NCBI RefSeq assembly: GCF_018350175.1
Contig: NC_058368.1
Coordinates: 197,534,001-197,598,000, forward strand
Direction of reading: 5' to 3'
DNA: 64,000 nucleotides
Origin: Felis catus
Lineage: Eukaryota
Part shown: positions 12,435 through 24,768 of the stretch, piece by piece
Position numbering within the stretch: the first letter of the stretch is position 1
How the letters are laid out: every line of letters begins with the position of its first letter
Program-made: the position numbers and the translations under genes
Notes under the pieces: model-generated
Seen by the model: the letters and a program-made list of their open reading frames with translations, nothing else
The model's database searches: none
Told to the model about the DNA's origin: nothing

Positions 12435-12942
12435 CAGAATCCATTGTTTAAAAAAAAAAAAAAAGGTAGCTCTGTGCTAGCTGATATGAAGGAATATCCA
12501 GAATATAAAGTAAAAAGGTTCATTGTACAACAATGTTAACCGATCCTCACTTGTAGAAACAAATCCTGGTATGTGGTATCTACTTAACACAAATATGTAT
12601 CAATAAGGAGATGTGTAAATAGATTAAAAATTAGTGTGACGGTACAATGGGTTTTATTCTGCGGTTCAAAAGAACGAGATCCATACATGTGATTGAAAAG
12701 GATCTCTAAGATACTAAATGAAAAGGCTTGAAACAAAATAGTATGTATATCACCTTTTTGTGTAAGTAACATGTTTCTATTTTCACAAGTATACTTTGGA
12801 AAGACACTCAGAAACAGTTAGCAGTGTTTAATGTAGGGACTAGTGATGCCGAGACGGGGCTGGTGGGAAGGGCAGGCCCATAGGCTTTTACTTTCATTTT
12901 TTACTCAAATATTCTGTTTGAGTTTTCACTATGAGTACAATC

Positions 12943-13254
12943 TTTTTTTTAAATTTAAGTTGAATTAGCATACGGTGTTATGTTAGTTTCAGGTTTACAA
13001 TACAGTGGTTCACCAATTCTCTTAATTTCTCAGTGCTTATCAAGGTAGTGTACTCTTTTTAAAAAATTTTTAATGTTAATTTAATTTTGAGAGAGAGAGG
13101 GAGACACAGAATCCGAAGCAGGCTCCAGGCTCTGAGCTGCCAGCACAGAGCCCGACGCGGGGCTTGAACCCACGCACCGTGAGATCGTGACCCGAGCCAC
13201 CCAGGCACCCCAAGGTAAGTGTACTCTTCGCCTATTTCACCCACCCCCCACCCC
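12943..13254 (-). mobile_element. Carnivore L1 3' end fragment interrupted by an internally deleted Can-SINE (13058-13210)
   Basis: T-rich tail then gttagtttcaggtttacaatacagtggttca; SINE flanked by TSD-like CAAGGTA(A)GTGTACTCTT (13041-13057 and 13211-13228). Confidence 0.8.
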
Positions 13255-14376
13255 ACTACAAGTACTATTAAATGTGTAATTTGGTGTTAATAATTTTTAA
13301 AAAGTCATGTTCTCAGAGTTCTAGAATATACTGTTCTGGCCACAGAGTCCTTCCTTTTTGACGCCCCTTTCTTGGTGAACAAACTGAGATGCAATTTAAC
13401 CAAAAGTTAGCGAATTTCATAATAAGTCCGTGACTCTGGAGACCACGAGAGGGGACAGGGAGGGGAGCCAAGATGTAAAAGTAGAAATTGTTAGAATTTT
13501 TAGTAACTTCTTGGGGGTGGAGGGGGAGAGGAAGGATGTGAGAAGAAACCAGGAAATGAAAATAAAGATGCAGAAAAACTTGAACAAATGGGGAAGCTCC
13601 ATGAGTGTTGTCTGAGCTTACTAAAGCCGTGTCTGGGGCCAGTGGTCTGTTTGGGGCGTACGTGAATGTGGATCTCTCCCTGTTTCTGCTGATGTGGCCC
13701 TTTTTGATAGTCTAGTGGATTAGCAAGGCTAAGAATCATTCTGTCTGAGAATTGGGGTGCCCCTCAAGTTTGCCCAGGTTCGCGGAGCTCCCACTCCAGC
13801 GGAGGCTCTTCAACCATACACAGCGAGGGCACTGGTGGCGACCTTGGGTCCTACCCAGCTAGAGCTGCCCCACTCCTAACCGCCTTCTGCCTCCTGCCCC
13901 TGCACGAAATTAGGTTTGCACAGATCTTCCATTGCTAAAAAGAGACGCACCGATATTCCAACCCTTTCACTGTCTGAATGGGGAGACGGAGATCCACAGT
14001 GAAAAATGAAGCTGAGAAAAATCGCAGGGGTGGGAGGAGGCATGGGTCAGAAGCCAGGGGTTCTGACTCCCCATCTCCTTACAGCTTTTCATTCTTACAT
14101 TTTAGCTGAAACTGAAAAGAAGAGGGGAAGAGTTGGAGCAAGCTGAAATTTCAAAGTCTTAACTTGAAAGAGAATGCTCCTGGGGAAAAAAAAATAATCC
14201 TAGACTCACCTAAACCAAGAGGAGGGGGGAAAGCCATATCAGGAATTAGAACAGATAAAAGAGGAAAATCGAACCCAAATATCTTTGAGGATAAATTGAA
14301 TCATAAAATGGAAACAAATAATTGAATGGGAAGATTTAAAAACAAAAAGTAGCTGGTGCAACCAACAAATGTGTTT

Positions 14377-14595
14377 AACATTTTTAAAGATGTTTTTATT
14401 TATTTTTGAGAGAGAGAGAGAGACTGAGTGCAAGCAGGTGAGGGGCAGAGAGAGAGGGGGACACAGAATCTGAAGCAGGCTCCAGGCTCTGAGCTGTCAG
14501 CACAGAGCTCAACACGGGGCTTGACCTCCTGAACCACGATATCAAGACCTGAGCCAAAGCCGGACGCTTAACCAACTGAGCCAGCCAGGCACGTC
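14377..14595 (-). mobile_element. Can-SINE
   Basis: Antisense SINE body; TSD-like CAAC(A/G)AATGTGTTT on both sides. Confidence 0.93.
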
Positions 14596-15419
14596 AACGA
14601 ATGTGTTTTGATTACCTCCCACGGACCAGGCCATTTTTGCATCACTGTTGATTCCTTGGTGAACGAGTCGGGCTCCAATTCCTGACCTCAGTGGGTGTGC
14701 CTTCTAGCTTACGGTTTGGCAGTTTGCACAGAACAAGAGGAGGGATTCACTTATACAAGCTCTCATTGGACACCCTCTTGTGGCATGCCAATTATTCACA
14801 AAATGCAGCAAAGCCTGATGTACCCCTTCTGGCATAAAAAAGATGCTGGCCTCCGCCTCTGTCAAGTTCCAAGTCGAGAGTGAAACCTGGAGATCCAGGG
14901 AGGCTGTGGAGGGCAGAGACCTAAGGCATGGCTTACTGGTTACAGTTACAGGAAAGCGGAGGAGAGCCGGGTAAATAGAGCAGCCAGGGGAGGAAAGCGG
15001 AGCGTTGCTGAGAGGCAAAGGGAAAGAGGAAGTGAGGGGAGGAGTCAGTTGGTGACCCACCAGCTCAGAGCCTGCAGCCCAGGTCCTCAGGACCCCAGAA
15101 TCCTAGAGCCGTCCAGCTTTTTTGCACAGAGTAGGAGCCCCAGGCCCACAGGAGGGAAGGGACTCAGTGTCACGCAGCAGGTAGAATGTTCTGGAGTCAG
15201 ATGGACCTGGGTCTACACGCCACTTTAGCCATTTGCTGGGGGTGGTTTTGGGATACTGGGCAAGCTTTTCTCTTCGCCTGGATCTCTTCACCTGTAAAAT
15301 GCCGACAGTGATTGTAATGACAATGATGGCTTATCTCCACCCCGGCCATTGGTTCCTGTCCTCCAACGTCCGTGCCATTGTCCCGGCAACAGGTGGGGTT
15401 TACCGTTCACCCTGTTGAA

Positions 15420-15843
15420 TCTGTGACCACTGTGACCAGTGAAGACAACAGAAGGGATGCCGTAGCAGTTCCAGAGCGAGTCTTTGTGAGGACTGGTACA
15501 TTCTGCCTGTCTCTCCTGAACTACTTGCTCTGGGGGAAGAACCCCACCAAACACGCTACTCAAAGACCTCCCTGCGGTTGGGCAGCCCAGGCTCGCCAGG
15601 AAGTGGAGAAGCCTCAGGAACAGAGATGCCCCCCCAGGCTCCTCCAGCCCTTCCAGCACAGCCCCAGACTTCAGAGGACCCCGGCCTCCTCGGCCACCAT
15701 GTGACTGTGGATGCGGAAGAAGCTCCTAGCAAAACCCGCCCAGCTGAGCCCCTCCCACCGTCAAAAGAGCTGATACCAAAATGATGTCGTTTAAGCCACT
15801 ACGTTTTGAGGGTGTTTGTTACACAGCAGTGGTAAGGGAACCA
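15420..15843 (+). mobile_element. Old MaLR LTR (MLT1 family) remnant
   Basis: 3' end ttaagccactacgttttgagggtgtttgttacacagcag and the ccagctgagccc motif; left boundary uncertain. Confidence 0.6.
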
Positions 15844-15914
15844 CGTGCCTTCTGGGGCTGTCAGTGGATTCATTTAGAACAGAGCGGGGGACATATGAAA
15901 CTGGAACAAACAGG

Positions 15915-16152
15915 TTTTTATTTATCTTTTTAAGAATGTTTATTTATTTATTTTGAAAGAGAGAGACAGAGGGAGAGTGGCTGATGGGGGAGAGAGGGGC
16001 AGAGAGAGAGAGAGAGAGAGAGAGCATCCTAAGCAGGCTCCGTACTGTCAGCACAGAGCCCAATGTGGTGCTCAGTCCCATGACCCCGGGATCACGACCT
16101 GAGCCAAAATCAAGAGTCGGATGCCCAACTAACTAAGCCACCCAGGGCCTCC
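15915..16152 (-). mobile_element. Can-SINE (older subfamily)
   Basis: T-rich tail, (GA)n, gcaggctccgtactgtcagcacagagccc...aagccacccagg. Confidence 0.92.
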
Positions 16153-17292
16153 GCTGTTTATTTTAATGAAGTGATGCAAACCACAAATTTCCAGCACCTC
16201 CATCAGCCCGTCGTAGCACCCCTAAGTGATGCGCTGGCAGACCACAGAGAACCAACTCCACTCCCCTTTCGTCGGACAGCCGCTCGGGCCTTCGAAGACA
16301 GCCCCCTCGCCCCACTCCAGCCACACCAGCCTTCTCAGACCTTCCTGTGAGTCAGGTGTTTGCACGTGCTGTCCCCGATGCCTAAGCCTTTCCTTCCCCA
16401 GTTTACATCATTCGTGTTTCCTCATCCCTCGGCTGAGTCATCATCTCCTCTGGAAGTGTGGGTCCCCACCCTCTGGGACATGCCCTCAGAACGTGGCGCC
16501 CTGCTCTTTCCAACACTTATCTCAGTCTTGCACCTTTGCATGTATTTGTGAGATTATTCAATCACCATCTTTCCCAGAAGACTCCCTCGGGGCAGGGATA
16601 CCCCGATTGTATTTGCTTTTGTGCATCACTCTGTCCCCCAAGCCCAGCCCCAGCGGGAACCCTGCCAGCTCAGTGAATACTGGGTTCCAGAAAGCTAGCA
16701 AGCCCGCTCCTGGGTCCCTGGTGCCTCTTCTTCCTCACATTCAGCCTCCCCAGCCCCCTTGTGGTGTAGGACTTGGTTTCAAACTCTGTTCCTCTTCCCT
16801 TTCCTCGGCTTCTGGTCCAGGCTGTTCGGCCCACAGGTCCTGCCCTTCTGCCTCTTGCGGGGCTCTGTCCTCAAGCCCTGACACCGAGGGGGGGGGGGGC
16901 TTGTTTAGTCTTTCTGCTATTTTGGGAGGCGGCATCTCTAATACTCAGCAGTTCCTCCTCCGTGGTTGTCTGTTTCCAAACAGGGCACTTCCTTCCTCAG
17001 ACTTGAACAGAGGGTACTCAGGGGCTCCAGGCAACACCGCGACATTGACACCCCTCTTGGGCGTGCCCCTCCCTGCATCGATTCTTGCAACACCACACGC
17101 CCTTCCTTGCAGCTGCCCTGTCCACTGCATCAGGTAGGGCACCAGTCAGCTCTCACCTGGAATATTGTCTTTCCACCACGTCCGCCCTCCCGTATACCAG
17201 CTGCCTCGGGAATTTTCTGCACTACGAAATCTGCTCTGGTTACTTCTCTGCCTAGATTTTCAGTGGACGCTACCTACCCTCTTTGTCTTCAG

Positions 17293-17440
17293 CAGAGGTT
17301 GCAAATTGGTGGCCACATCGAGCCTAGAGATGTCTTCGGCTTGGCCGAGAGAGTTCAGAAATTAATTAGGCACTCATGTTTAAAGATTTGGGACTTTCAT
17401 ATAAAATACCAGATGCTCAACCTCTCTTAAAAATATCAGT
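17293..17440 (+). mobile_element. MER102-like hAT-Charlie fragment
   Basis: cagaggttgcaaattggtggcc...actttcatataaaataccagat...ctctcttaaaaatatcag resembles the recalled MER102 consensus. Confidence 0.5.
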
Positions 17441-17447
17441 GAGCCAT

Positions 17448-17669
17448 GGGTGTGCCTGGGTGGCTCAGCTGGTGAAGCATCTGACTTCAGCTCAGGTCAT
17501 GATCTCACAGCTCGTGGGTTCGAGCCCCGCATCACGCTCTGTGCTGACAGCTTGGAGCCTAGAGCCTGCTTCGGATTCTGTGTTTCCTTCTCTGCCCCTC
17601 CCCTGCTCATGCTCTGCCTCTCTCTGTCTCTTTCAAAAATAAATAAACATTAAAAATATTTTTAAAAAA
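17448..17669 (+). mobile_element. Can-SINE
   Basis: gcctgggtggctcagctggtgaagc...ggttcgagcccc...aaaaataaataaac. Confidence 0.94.
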
Positions 17670-17725
17670 TACCAATGATCCTTGTGTGTTGACTATACTT
17701 CAAGAAAAAAAAAAAAAAGAAAGTA

Positions 17726-17935
17726 GGGGCGCCTGGGTGGCTCAGTCGGTTAAGCGTCTGACTTTTGATTTCAGTTCCAGTCATGATCTCACAGTTCGTG
17801 GGATTGAGCCCCGTTTCCAGTGGGCTTGATCTCTCTCTCTGTCTCTCTCTCTCTCTCTGTCCCTCACCCCACTCAAGCACTCTCTCCCTCTCTCTGAAAA
17901 ACAAAACAAGACCAAAAGATAAACAAAATTAAACA
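17726..17935 (+). mobile_element. Can-SINE with internal deletion
   Basis: ggggcgcctgggtggctcagtcggttaagcgtctgact..., (CT)n and A-rich tail; the middle section is missing. Confidence 0.9.
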
Positions 17936-18434
17936 AAGAAGGAGGCAGACATAACCTCAACACGCAAAAATCAATTTTACATTCCAGGTAAGTGGAGGAA
18001 AGACAGAATATTGAATAGATGGTGTTGGGATACGTAGCTAACATTTTGGGGAGACATTAAATTCCTGTATTACATCAGACGCAAAAAGAAATTCCTGCCA
18101 GATCAATATACCAAATACAAAGAATAAAACTGTAACGGTACTAAGGGGGAAAAAATATCAGGGATTCAACCACACTGGGGACACAGAAGAGTGGTTTGAA
18201 GGGAAGCAGCCCCCGGAGCACATCGTCATGAGTTTGCCACAGTCTCTACCTGCCCTAACAACCTCCACCCTCCCCACCAGTGGTCCATGGCTACTCATCA
18301 TCGCCGTGCAGTGGCTATTCCCAGCGGTTCCACCTGTTATCCTACCTTCCTGGTTTCCCCCGGGCCCTTGCATGGCCATCCGTATCTGGCTTAGGAGAAT
18401 TCTCAATTTCTGAGTCTGTTGAGAGGAAGAAGGG

Positions 18435-18861
18435 AGGGCTCCTGGGTGGCTCAGTTGGCTGAGTGTCTGACTTCAGCTCAAGTCACGATCTCATGGTTCG
18501 TGGGTTCGATCCCCTCACTGGGCTCGCTGCTGTCAGCGAGGAGCCCGCTTTGAATCCTCTGTCTCCCCCTCTCTTTGCCCCTCCCCGGATCATGCTCTCT
18601 TTCTCTCTCAAAAATAAATAAAATTAAAAAAAAAAAAAAAGAAATAGTGGGGTGCCTGGGTGGCTCAGTCGGTGAAGTGTCTGACTTCGGCTCAGGTCAT
18701 GATCTCGCGGTTCGTGAGTTCAAGCCCCGCGTCGGTCTCTGTGCTGACAGCTCAGAGCCTGGAGCCTGTTTCAGATTCTGTGTCTCCCTCTCTCTCTCTG
18801 ACCCTCCCCCGTTCATGCTCTGTCTCTCTCTGTCTCAAAAATAAATAAATTTTAAAAAAAA
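18435..18861 (+). mobile_element. Two head-to-tail Can-SINEs (18435-18640 and 18649-18861)
   Basis: Two complete SINE bodies, each with an A-tail, separated by 8 bp. Confidence 0.94.
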
Positions 18862-19121
18862 GTAGAAAAGGAGGAAAAGAATAAAGAACATTTTCACCAG
18901 TCAGGCCCCTGTAGTCTAGTAGCATGTGTGATTCATGGAGACATTTTAATTTTGTGTGGGTGGGAGGGGTAAGATTATAGTTAATTTTTACTTTCCTCTT
19001 TGTACCTTCCCAAATTTTCTATATTTTCTTTTCCAAGGCTAGAATGACATAAGGGATGTACCTGCAGATTTTAGCGGTGGCTATAATATCTGGAGTACTT
19101 GTCTCTCATTCTATAGTTTCC

Positions 19122-19220
19122 GGGGATTTTCTCTCCCTCTCTCTCTGCTCCTCCCCCACCCTGTGCTTTCTCTCTCTCTCTCTCTCTCTCTCTCAAAATA
19201 AATAAACTTAAAAAAAATAA
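19122..19220 (+). mobile_element. 5'-truncated Can-SINE (3' half)
   Basis: gggattttctctccctctctctctgc...(CT)n aaaataaataaactta. Confidence 0.85.
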
Positions 19221-19286
19221 ACACAAGCCTCTTAAACATATTTGACACATTTTAATAAAGGCGTTTTAAAGTTTAATGCATGTTCG

Positions 19287-19501
19287 GGGGCGCCTGGGTG
19301 GCGCAGTCGGTTAAGTGTCCGACTTCGGCCAGGTCACGATCTCGCGGTCCGTGAGTTCGAGCCCCGCGTCAGGCTCTGGGCTGATGGCTCAGAGCCTGGA
19401 GCCTGTTTCCGATTCTGTGTCTCCCTCTCTCTCTGCCCCTCGCCCGTTCATGCTCTGTCTCTCTCTGTCTCAAAAATAAATAAACGTTAAAAAAAAAAAT
19501 T
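19287..19501 (+). mobile_element. Young felid Can-SINE (SINEC_Fc-type)
   Basis: gtggcgcagtcggttaag diagnostic; perfect 18-bp TSD AAAGTTTAATGCATGTTC (19268-19285 and 19502-19519). Confidence 0.97.
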
Positions 19502-20389
19502 AAAGTTTAATGCATGTTCATAAAATGACTACATTTGTGCAAATGGCACCGGCTCCAGAAAGTACCGGCACACGTTAGCTCATTTGATCTTTATGATCTT
19601 GAGGCGCAGGCCGACTTGCAGGTGAGGAAACTAAGGCTCACAGGAGGCCATTCTTTTCATTATGTTGGCCTTGCTTTAGGTCTCCGGGCTGGCATGTGAC
19701 TGAGTCAAGACTTGAACCAAATCCCCCTGCGCCATGACTGAACTCTCAACAGGACCGTGGGAGGCAAAGAGCAGGTCCAGGGCAAGAGGACTGGAGACGA
19801 TACAGCCGGGGTGAATCAGACACCCACGGTAGACCTGGGGCTTGTGTGCACCCAAAACTTGCACTCTTTCCACCCTTTGCCTCCTCCCGGCTTGCTCCTC
19901 CCTCCCTGCCCCACCCTCTGCATTTCACTTACCTGTTCATTTCACCGAGTGTGAAACAGTCCCCTGAACGTCTAGTTTGGAATTCGCCATGTTGAAAGTT
20001 TATCTAACAGAGTCACTGTATTGGAGAAAGGCAGCCCAGGCTTCCTTCCGCTGCCTGCTCTGGAGCATGTAAACAGTAGCTGGAGAATGGGAAAAAGGAA
20101 GTGTTATATTTATTTGATGGCTGAAGCCTGGGATAGGATCCTCTGTGTGATAACACCCTGCAGAAATCCCCAGCGATTCCCTGGCACTTCTATCAAATCC
20201 TTGCTCATACCTGGGGAGGCCCTTAGAGGCCATCCATTTCCTTCCCCCTGCCACGGATAGGGAACCGGAAGCTCAGAGGAGGGAAGCTACTTCCCCAAGG
20301 AGACAATCAACCTGTGGCAGAGCTGGGATTGGAGACCCATGTGCAGGAATCTTTTCTAACTATGTGATATCCATACACTTTTATATCAG

Positions 20390-20874
20390 GTTCTTTGCTT
20401 GTGCTGGTTATGTGCCTATTGCCTTCCCTGCTGTGTGATGCTGGGGCTGGGAGTCTGCAGACTGCATTGCCTGGAATACCTTGCTGGGTATCTTCACGTC
20501 TCCCTCTGACAGCAGAAGGCCATCACGGCTCTACTGCTGCCACTTTCAGCACACCCTGTATCGTCTGTGAGTGTCCTCAGTACAGAGGTCTGAGCCACAG
20601 CCGCGTGGTCTCTGTCTATCTGACATCTCAGCGTTGGCCGTGCAGGGCCCATTCCTTCACCTCCTGCTTTCTGGTAACCTTTCCATTTCCCTTCTGTCCC
20701 CTCTGTTCTGGGGGTGGTGACTGTTTCCTGCGATTACACATGCATGGATTTCTCAGAATTTGCTTTTTGCTTTTATATCCATCCAACAAGTGCAATCAAT
20801 TCCCTGCATTCGATGCCTACTATTTGAAATACCTAGCAAGGTATCTGATCTTCAAACTGAACTCCATCTGATAT
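20390..20874 (+). mobile_element. ERVL LTR33-like element
   Basis: gatgctggggctgggagtctgcagactgcatt near the start and ttccctgcatt...tttgaaatacctag...ctgatat at the 3' end. Confidence 0.6.
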
Positions 20875-21335
20875 GTTGCTTAAAAATGTTTGCTTTCTCA
20901 TTTTTGCAGCTTTCTGTTCTATCCATTCATAGACACATAAAATAGGGAATGCCCAGAATAAGGGAGGAGAGACTAGCTTTCATTAATTCAACAGATATTT
21001 ACTTTAGATCCATCTTGGTTCTGAGACTCAATATTAAGCAATCCTTGTCTGTGAGGTAGTTGAGGTGTTTTGGGGAGCCGGGTCAGTAAGCAGGCAAGTA
21101 AAGTGCAAAGTGGAAAGGGTTGTGGACGTGTGACCGCAGGGCCACTGGAAGAGCATGAGAAAGGCCCCTAAACTAAATGAGTGGGTTGGAAAAATGTTAG
21201 GGAGGGTCTTCCTAAATAAGAAGTATCTAACTTAAACGCGAGGGATATGTAGGACCTTGTCAAACAAACTGGTGGATGTGGAGGCTGCTGGGAGAGATAT
21301 TATGGACAGGGATGGTAAGAAAACATGTCAGGGCT

Positions 21336-21795
21336 TGTTCTAGGTTGAGTTGTGTCAAAAATTTATATGTTTAAGTTCTACCTCCCAATGTCTCAGAATG
21401 TGACCTTATGTGGAAATAAGATTATTACAGATACAAATAGTTAAATAAGATGAGGTCAAAGTGGAGTAAGGTGGGTCCCTACAATATGACTGGTGTCCTT
21501 ATTAAAAGAGAGAACTTTGGAGACAGACACACACACAGGGAAAAGGCCATGTGAGGAGGAAGGCAGAGATTGAGATGATGCATCTATAAGCCAAGAAATG
21601 CCCCAAATTGCCAGCAAACCACCAGAAGCCATGGGAGAGGAACAGATTCTCCCTCACAGCCCCTAGGAGGAACCGACTGTGCAAACACTTTGATCTTGAA
21701 ATTCTAGCCTCCGGAAGTGGGAGACAGCGAAGTCCTGTTTCTTAAGCCACCCAGTTTGCAGTGCTTTGTTACGGCAACTCTAGCCAACTAATACA
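21336..21795 (+). mobile_element. MaLR solo LTR (MLT1B/C-like)
   Basis: TG...CA ends; ctcagaatgtgaccttatgtggaaataag, atgactggtgtccttat, ttaagccacccagtttg, aactaataca. Confidence 0.88.
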
Positions 21796-21982
21796 CGGTC
21801 TAATCATGAAGGGTATTAGAAGGCTTAGTTGGTAATACTGTCCATTCAGTGAGCACTTCCATAACACGATCTGCTTTAGAGGAAGTGCTTTATAAGAACT
21901 TAAGTGCTTTAACGGGAATGAACTCATTTACATTTTCATGACAACGTTAAGAAGAAAGTGATATTATTATTTCATTTTATAT

Positions 21983-22244
21983 GAAATATATATAAGGAGA
22001 TATATATAAGATATATATATATCTTATATATATATCTTATATATATCTTATATATCTTATATATATCTTATAAGATATATATCTTATATATATATATATC
22101 TTATATATATCTTATAGATATATATCTTATATATATCTTATAGATATATATCTTATAGATATATAAGGAGATATATATAAGATATATATCTATAAGATAT
22201 ATATCTATAAGATATATATATATAAGGAAATATATATAAGGAGA
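21983..22244. repeat. AT-rich TATATAAG/CTTATATA palindromic repeat inside an antisense MIR
   Basis: (TA)n interrupted by AAG/CTT units in both orientations; perfect palindrome at 22000-22033; MIR-like sequence on both flanks. Confidence 0.9.
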
Positions 22245-23296
22245 AGGAATACAAAGAATTTAAGATGACTTGGTCCAGGTTGCCCAGTCAATAAGTAATG
22301 TGTTGAGGGTGGGCGTTGAATCTAGGCTGAGAAGGGCTATCCAGTCACTATATGATACTACTACCAGATGGGAGGTTTGCTTTTTACCTTCCGAACAATG
22401 ACTGTGGGGAGAATTTTTAAGTTGGGCTTATGGAAGGATAGTTTACATGAAGTGTAGTCTGTCTAGGTATGCAGTTCTATGGATTTTGACGAACACGTAT
22501 GGTGGCATAACTACCCCCACTGGCCAGTTTTCAGGAAGAATGGTGACCTGATACACTTTCCACCTGACAAATATCATCCTGGCTACGGGATGGAGAATGA
22601 ATTGGGAGGCGACGAGAGTGGAGACAGAGACGAAAGATGGTCGTGTCCTGGACCCGAGCAATAGTGTTGGACATGGAGAGAAGTGAACAGGGGCCAGAGC
22701 TATAGAAGAGGTAGAACCCACGGGCTGAAAAAACACTTCTTCTGGAAGCTTTTAACATGCCAGTGTGGGTCAAACACAATCTGAATGACCCCAGGTCACC
22801 TGAGATCTTTCAGTAAAGATCTCTTTTCACCTAAACAGCCAACACACCAGCAATGATATTTACCTACCAATTGCGGATGCTTCCTGCAAACTGCTCTGGC
22901 CAGGGGCCACCCAGTTAAGTTTAGAACAATTAGTAATTACAATCAAACCTAGGCAAATTATCTGATTTCGAGGCTACTAAATTATTCTAAAATTCCATCA
23001 TGAAATTGCATTTACGACGGAAGATTTACTGACAAAAGCAAAGAGAGGCTTAGGCAAAGCTTCCGTATACATCTGATTTAAATTTGAGGCATTTTCAATC
23101 GTTATTTCCCAGTGGTGGCCTCTCTTGAGGCATTAGCGCCTTTAGCTCCAAGTGACCTGTGTATGCTCGTTTCTTATGCCTTCCTTCTTAAGTTTCCATT
23201 CTGTACTCAGAGGCCCCTTCCTCGGTGTGCCTTCCCTGACTACCCCCATATACAACAGCGACGGTTCTGCATCTGTCACTCTCAACCTCTTACCCT

Positions 23297-23530
23297 ACTT
23301 TTCTTTTCTCTTCTTTTTTCTTTTCTTCTTTTCTTTTCTTTTCTTTTCTTTTCTTTCCTTTCCTTTCCTTTCCTTTTTTCTTTTCTTTTCCTTTCCTTTC
23401 CTTTCCTTTCCTTTCCTTTCCTTTCCTTTTCTTTTTTCTTTTCTTTTCTCTTTTCTTTCCTTTCCTTTCCTCTCCTCTCCTCTCCTTTCTTTTCCTTTTT
23501 CTTTTCTCTTTTCTTTTCTTCTTTTCTATC
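23297..23530. repeat. (CTTTT)n/(CTTTC)n polypyrimidine repeat
   Basis: About 230 bp of almost pure C/T; source of the Phe/Ser/Leu-rich ORFs. Confidence 0.95.
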
Positions 23531-23599
23531 TGATAAAGTAGATAGCCTACTTTATCTTCTTTCTTTTACTTTTAATTTCTTTTCTTTGGGGGCTTATCT

Positions 23600-23776
23600 T
23601 TTTCTGGAAATTTTAACCTGTTTATTTTTTATTCCTCACCCTTACCCCCATCCCTAAAATACAAGCTCCATGAATGCAGGGACGTTGTTTATATTGGTTA
23701 TTGTTACATTCTCAGCGTCAGGAACGGTACCAAGCACATAATGGGCACTTAATAAATATTTGTGGAATGAATGAAT
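23600..23776 (+). mobile_element. L2 LINE 3' end
   Basis: aagctccatgaatgcagggac...gcacataatgggcacttaataaatatttgtggaatgaatgaat. Confidence 0.8.
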
Positions 23777-24768
23777 AAAGCTATAGCCCATTATGGCAAG
23801 ACTTCAACACCCATGATCTAGGCTAACCACTTCAATTTGCAGATGAGGAAACTAAGACCTGAGTGGGGGTGGGGGGGTGTGAAGAAATTTGCTTGAGATT
23901 CCAAGCAAGTTGGAGGCTAGGTGCAGGTGGTACCCTGGTTCCAGCCCAGACTGCTTCATGTGGCCACTGATTCATGCGGCCTCTCAAGTTTGTCCAGTCT
24001 TAGCACAGCAGAGTGGGTTAAGAACATGGACTTCAGAAAACAATCTGACCTAGGCTTAACTCTATCACTCTTTTCTCCTTTGAGTCTGTTCTATTTACCT
24101 GTGAGTCAGGGATAAAAACCTACCTAGTAGATTGCTATAAGATGTACAGGAGATAATTCAGGGGTCCGGAGGCCCCTGGCACAAAATAAATTCTCCATAA
24201 GTGCCAGACATTGCTACTCGTGTAAGAGAACCACCAGTGGGCCTCGTATCTTTCTGGAGTTGTGGTAGGCTTAAATACTTTCTCATTTTAATTTAGACTG
24301 TAGGTAACAGAAAAGTACTAGGGGATATGTTAATGTCTGATGGGGGGAAAAAAGGGAAAAGAGTTCCCTTGTATGAGAGGGAGATAAGCACATGGAAAGA
24401 ACTAGTCCCCTAACTCACTGAATCCTATTTTCCTCATGTTTAGAGTATAGGGTTGAATTCCATAATCCCGATGATGCTATCTGTCTGATATCCTATGATT
24501 CATCCCCTGAAAATAGAAACGGGTTTTCCATGGTTCATGCTTAGTATGAGTGAGGAGTTGAAGCCTCAACCTCCCTTTTTTTCCCTCTAGCAATGGTGGA
24601 TCACTTTGAAATTTACTTCTTTATTAATGAACAGGCATTGCGTGTCTCCCCTGTGCCAGGCCCTGTGGTAGAGGCACAGGGACGGCTTTCTCTTTCGGAA
24701 TCTGAATGGCTGGGTTTTCCTTCTCTCAGGCACACAAGTGGTCCTCGGCCAAGTGCTGTCTTGAGTAC

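Noticed and set aside
16226..17137. 303-aa ORF, the longest in the track
   Set aside because: Ser/Pro/Leu/Cys-rich composition typical of pyrimidine-rich non-coding DNA; no domain or homology recognised. A BLASTP/PhyloCSF hit would overturn this.
23112..23657. Phe/Ser/Leu-rich membrane-protein-like ORFs
   Set aside because: Translation of the (CTTTT)n repeat.
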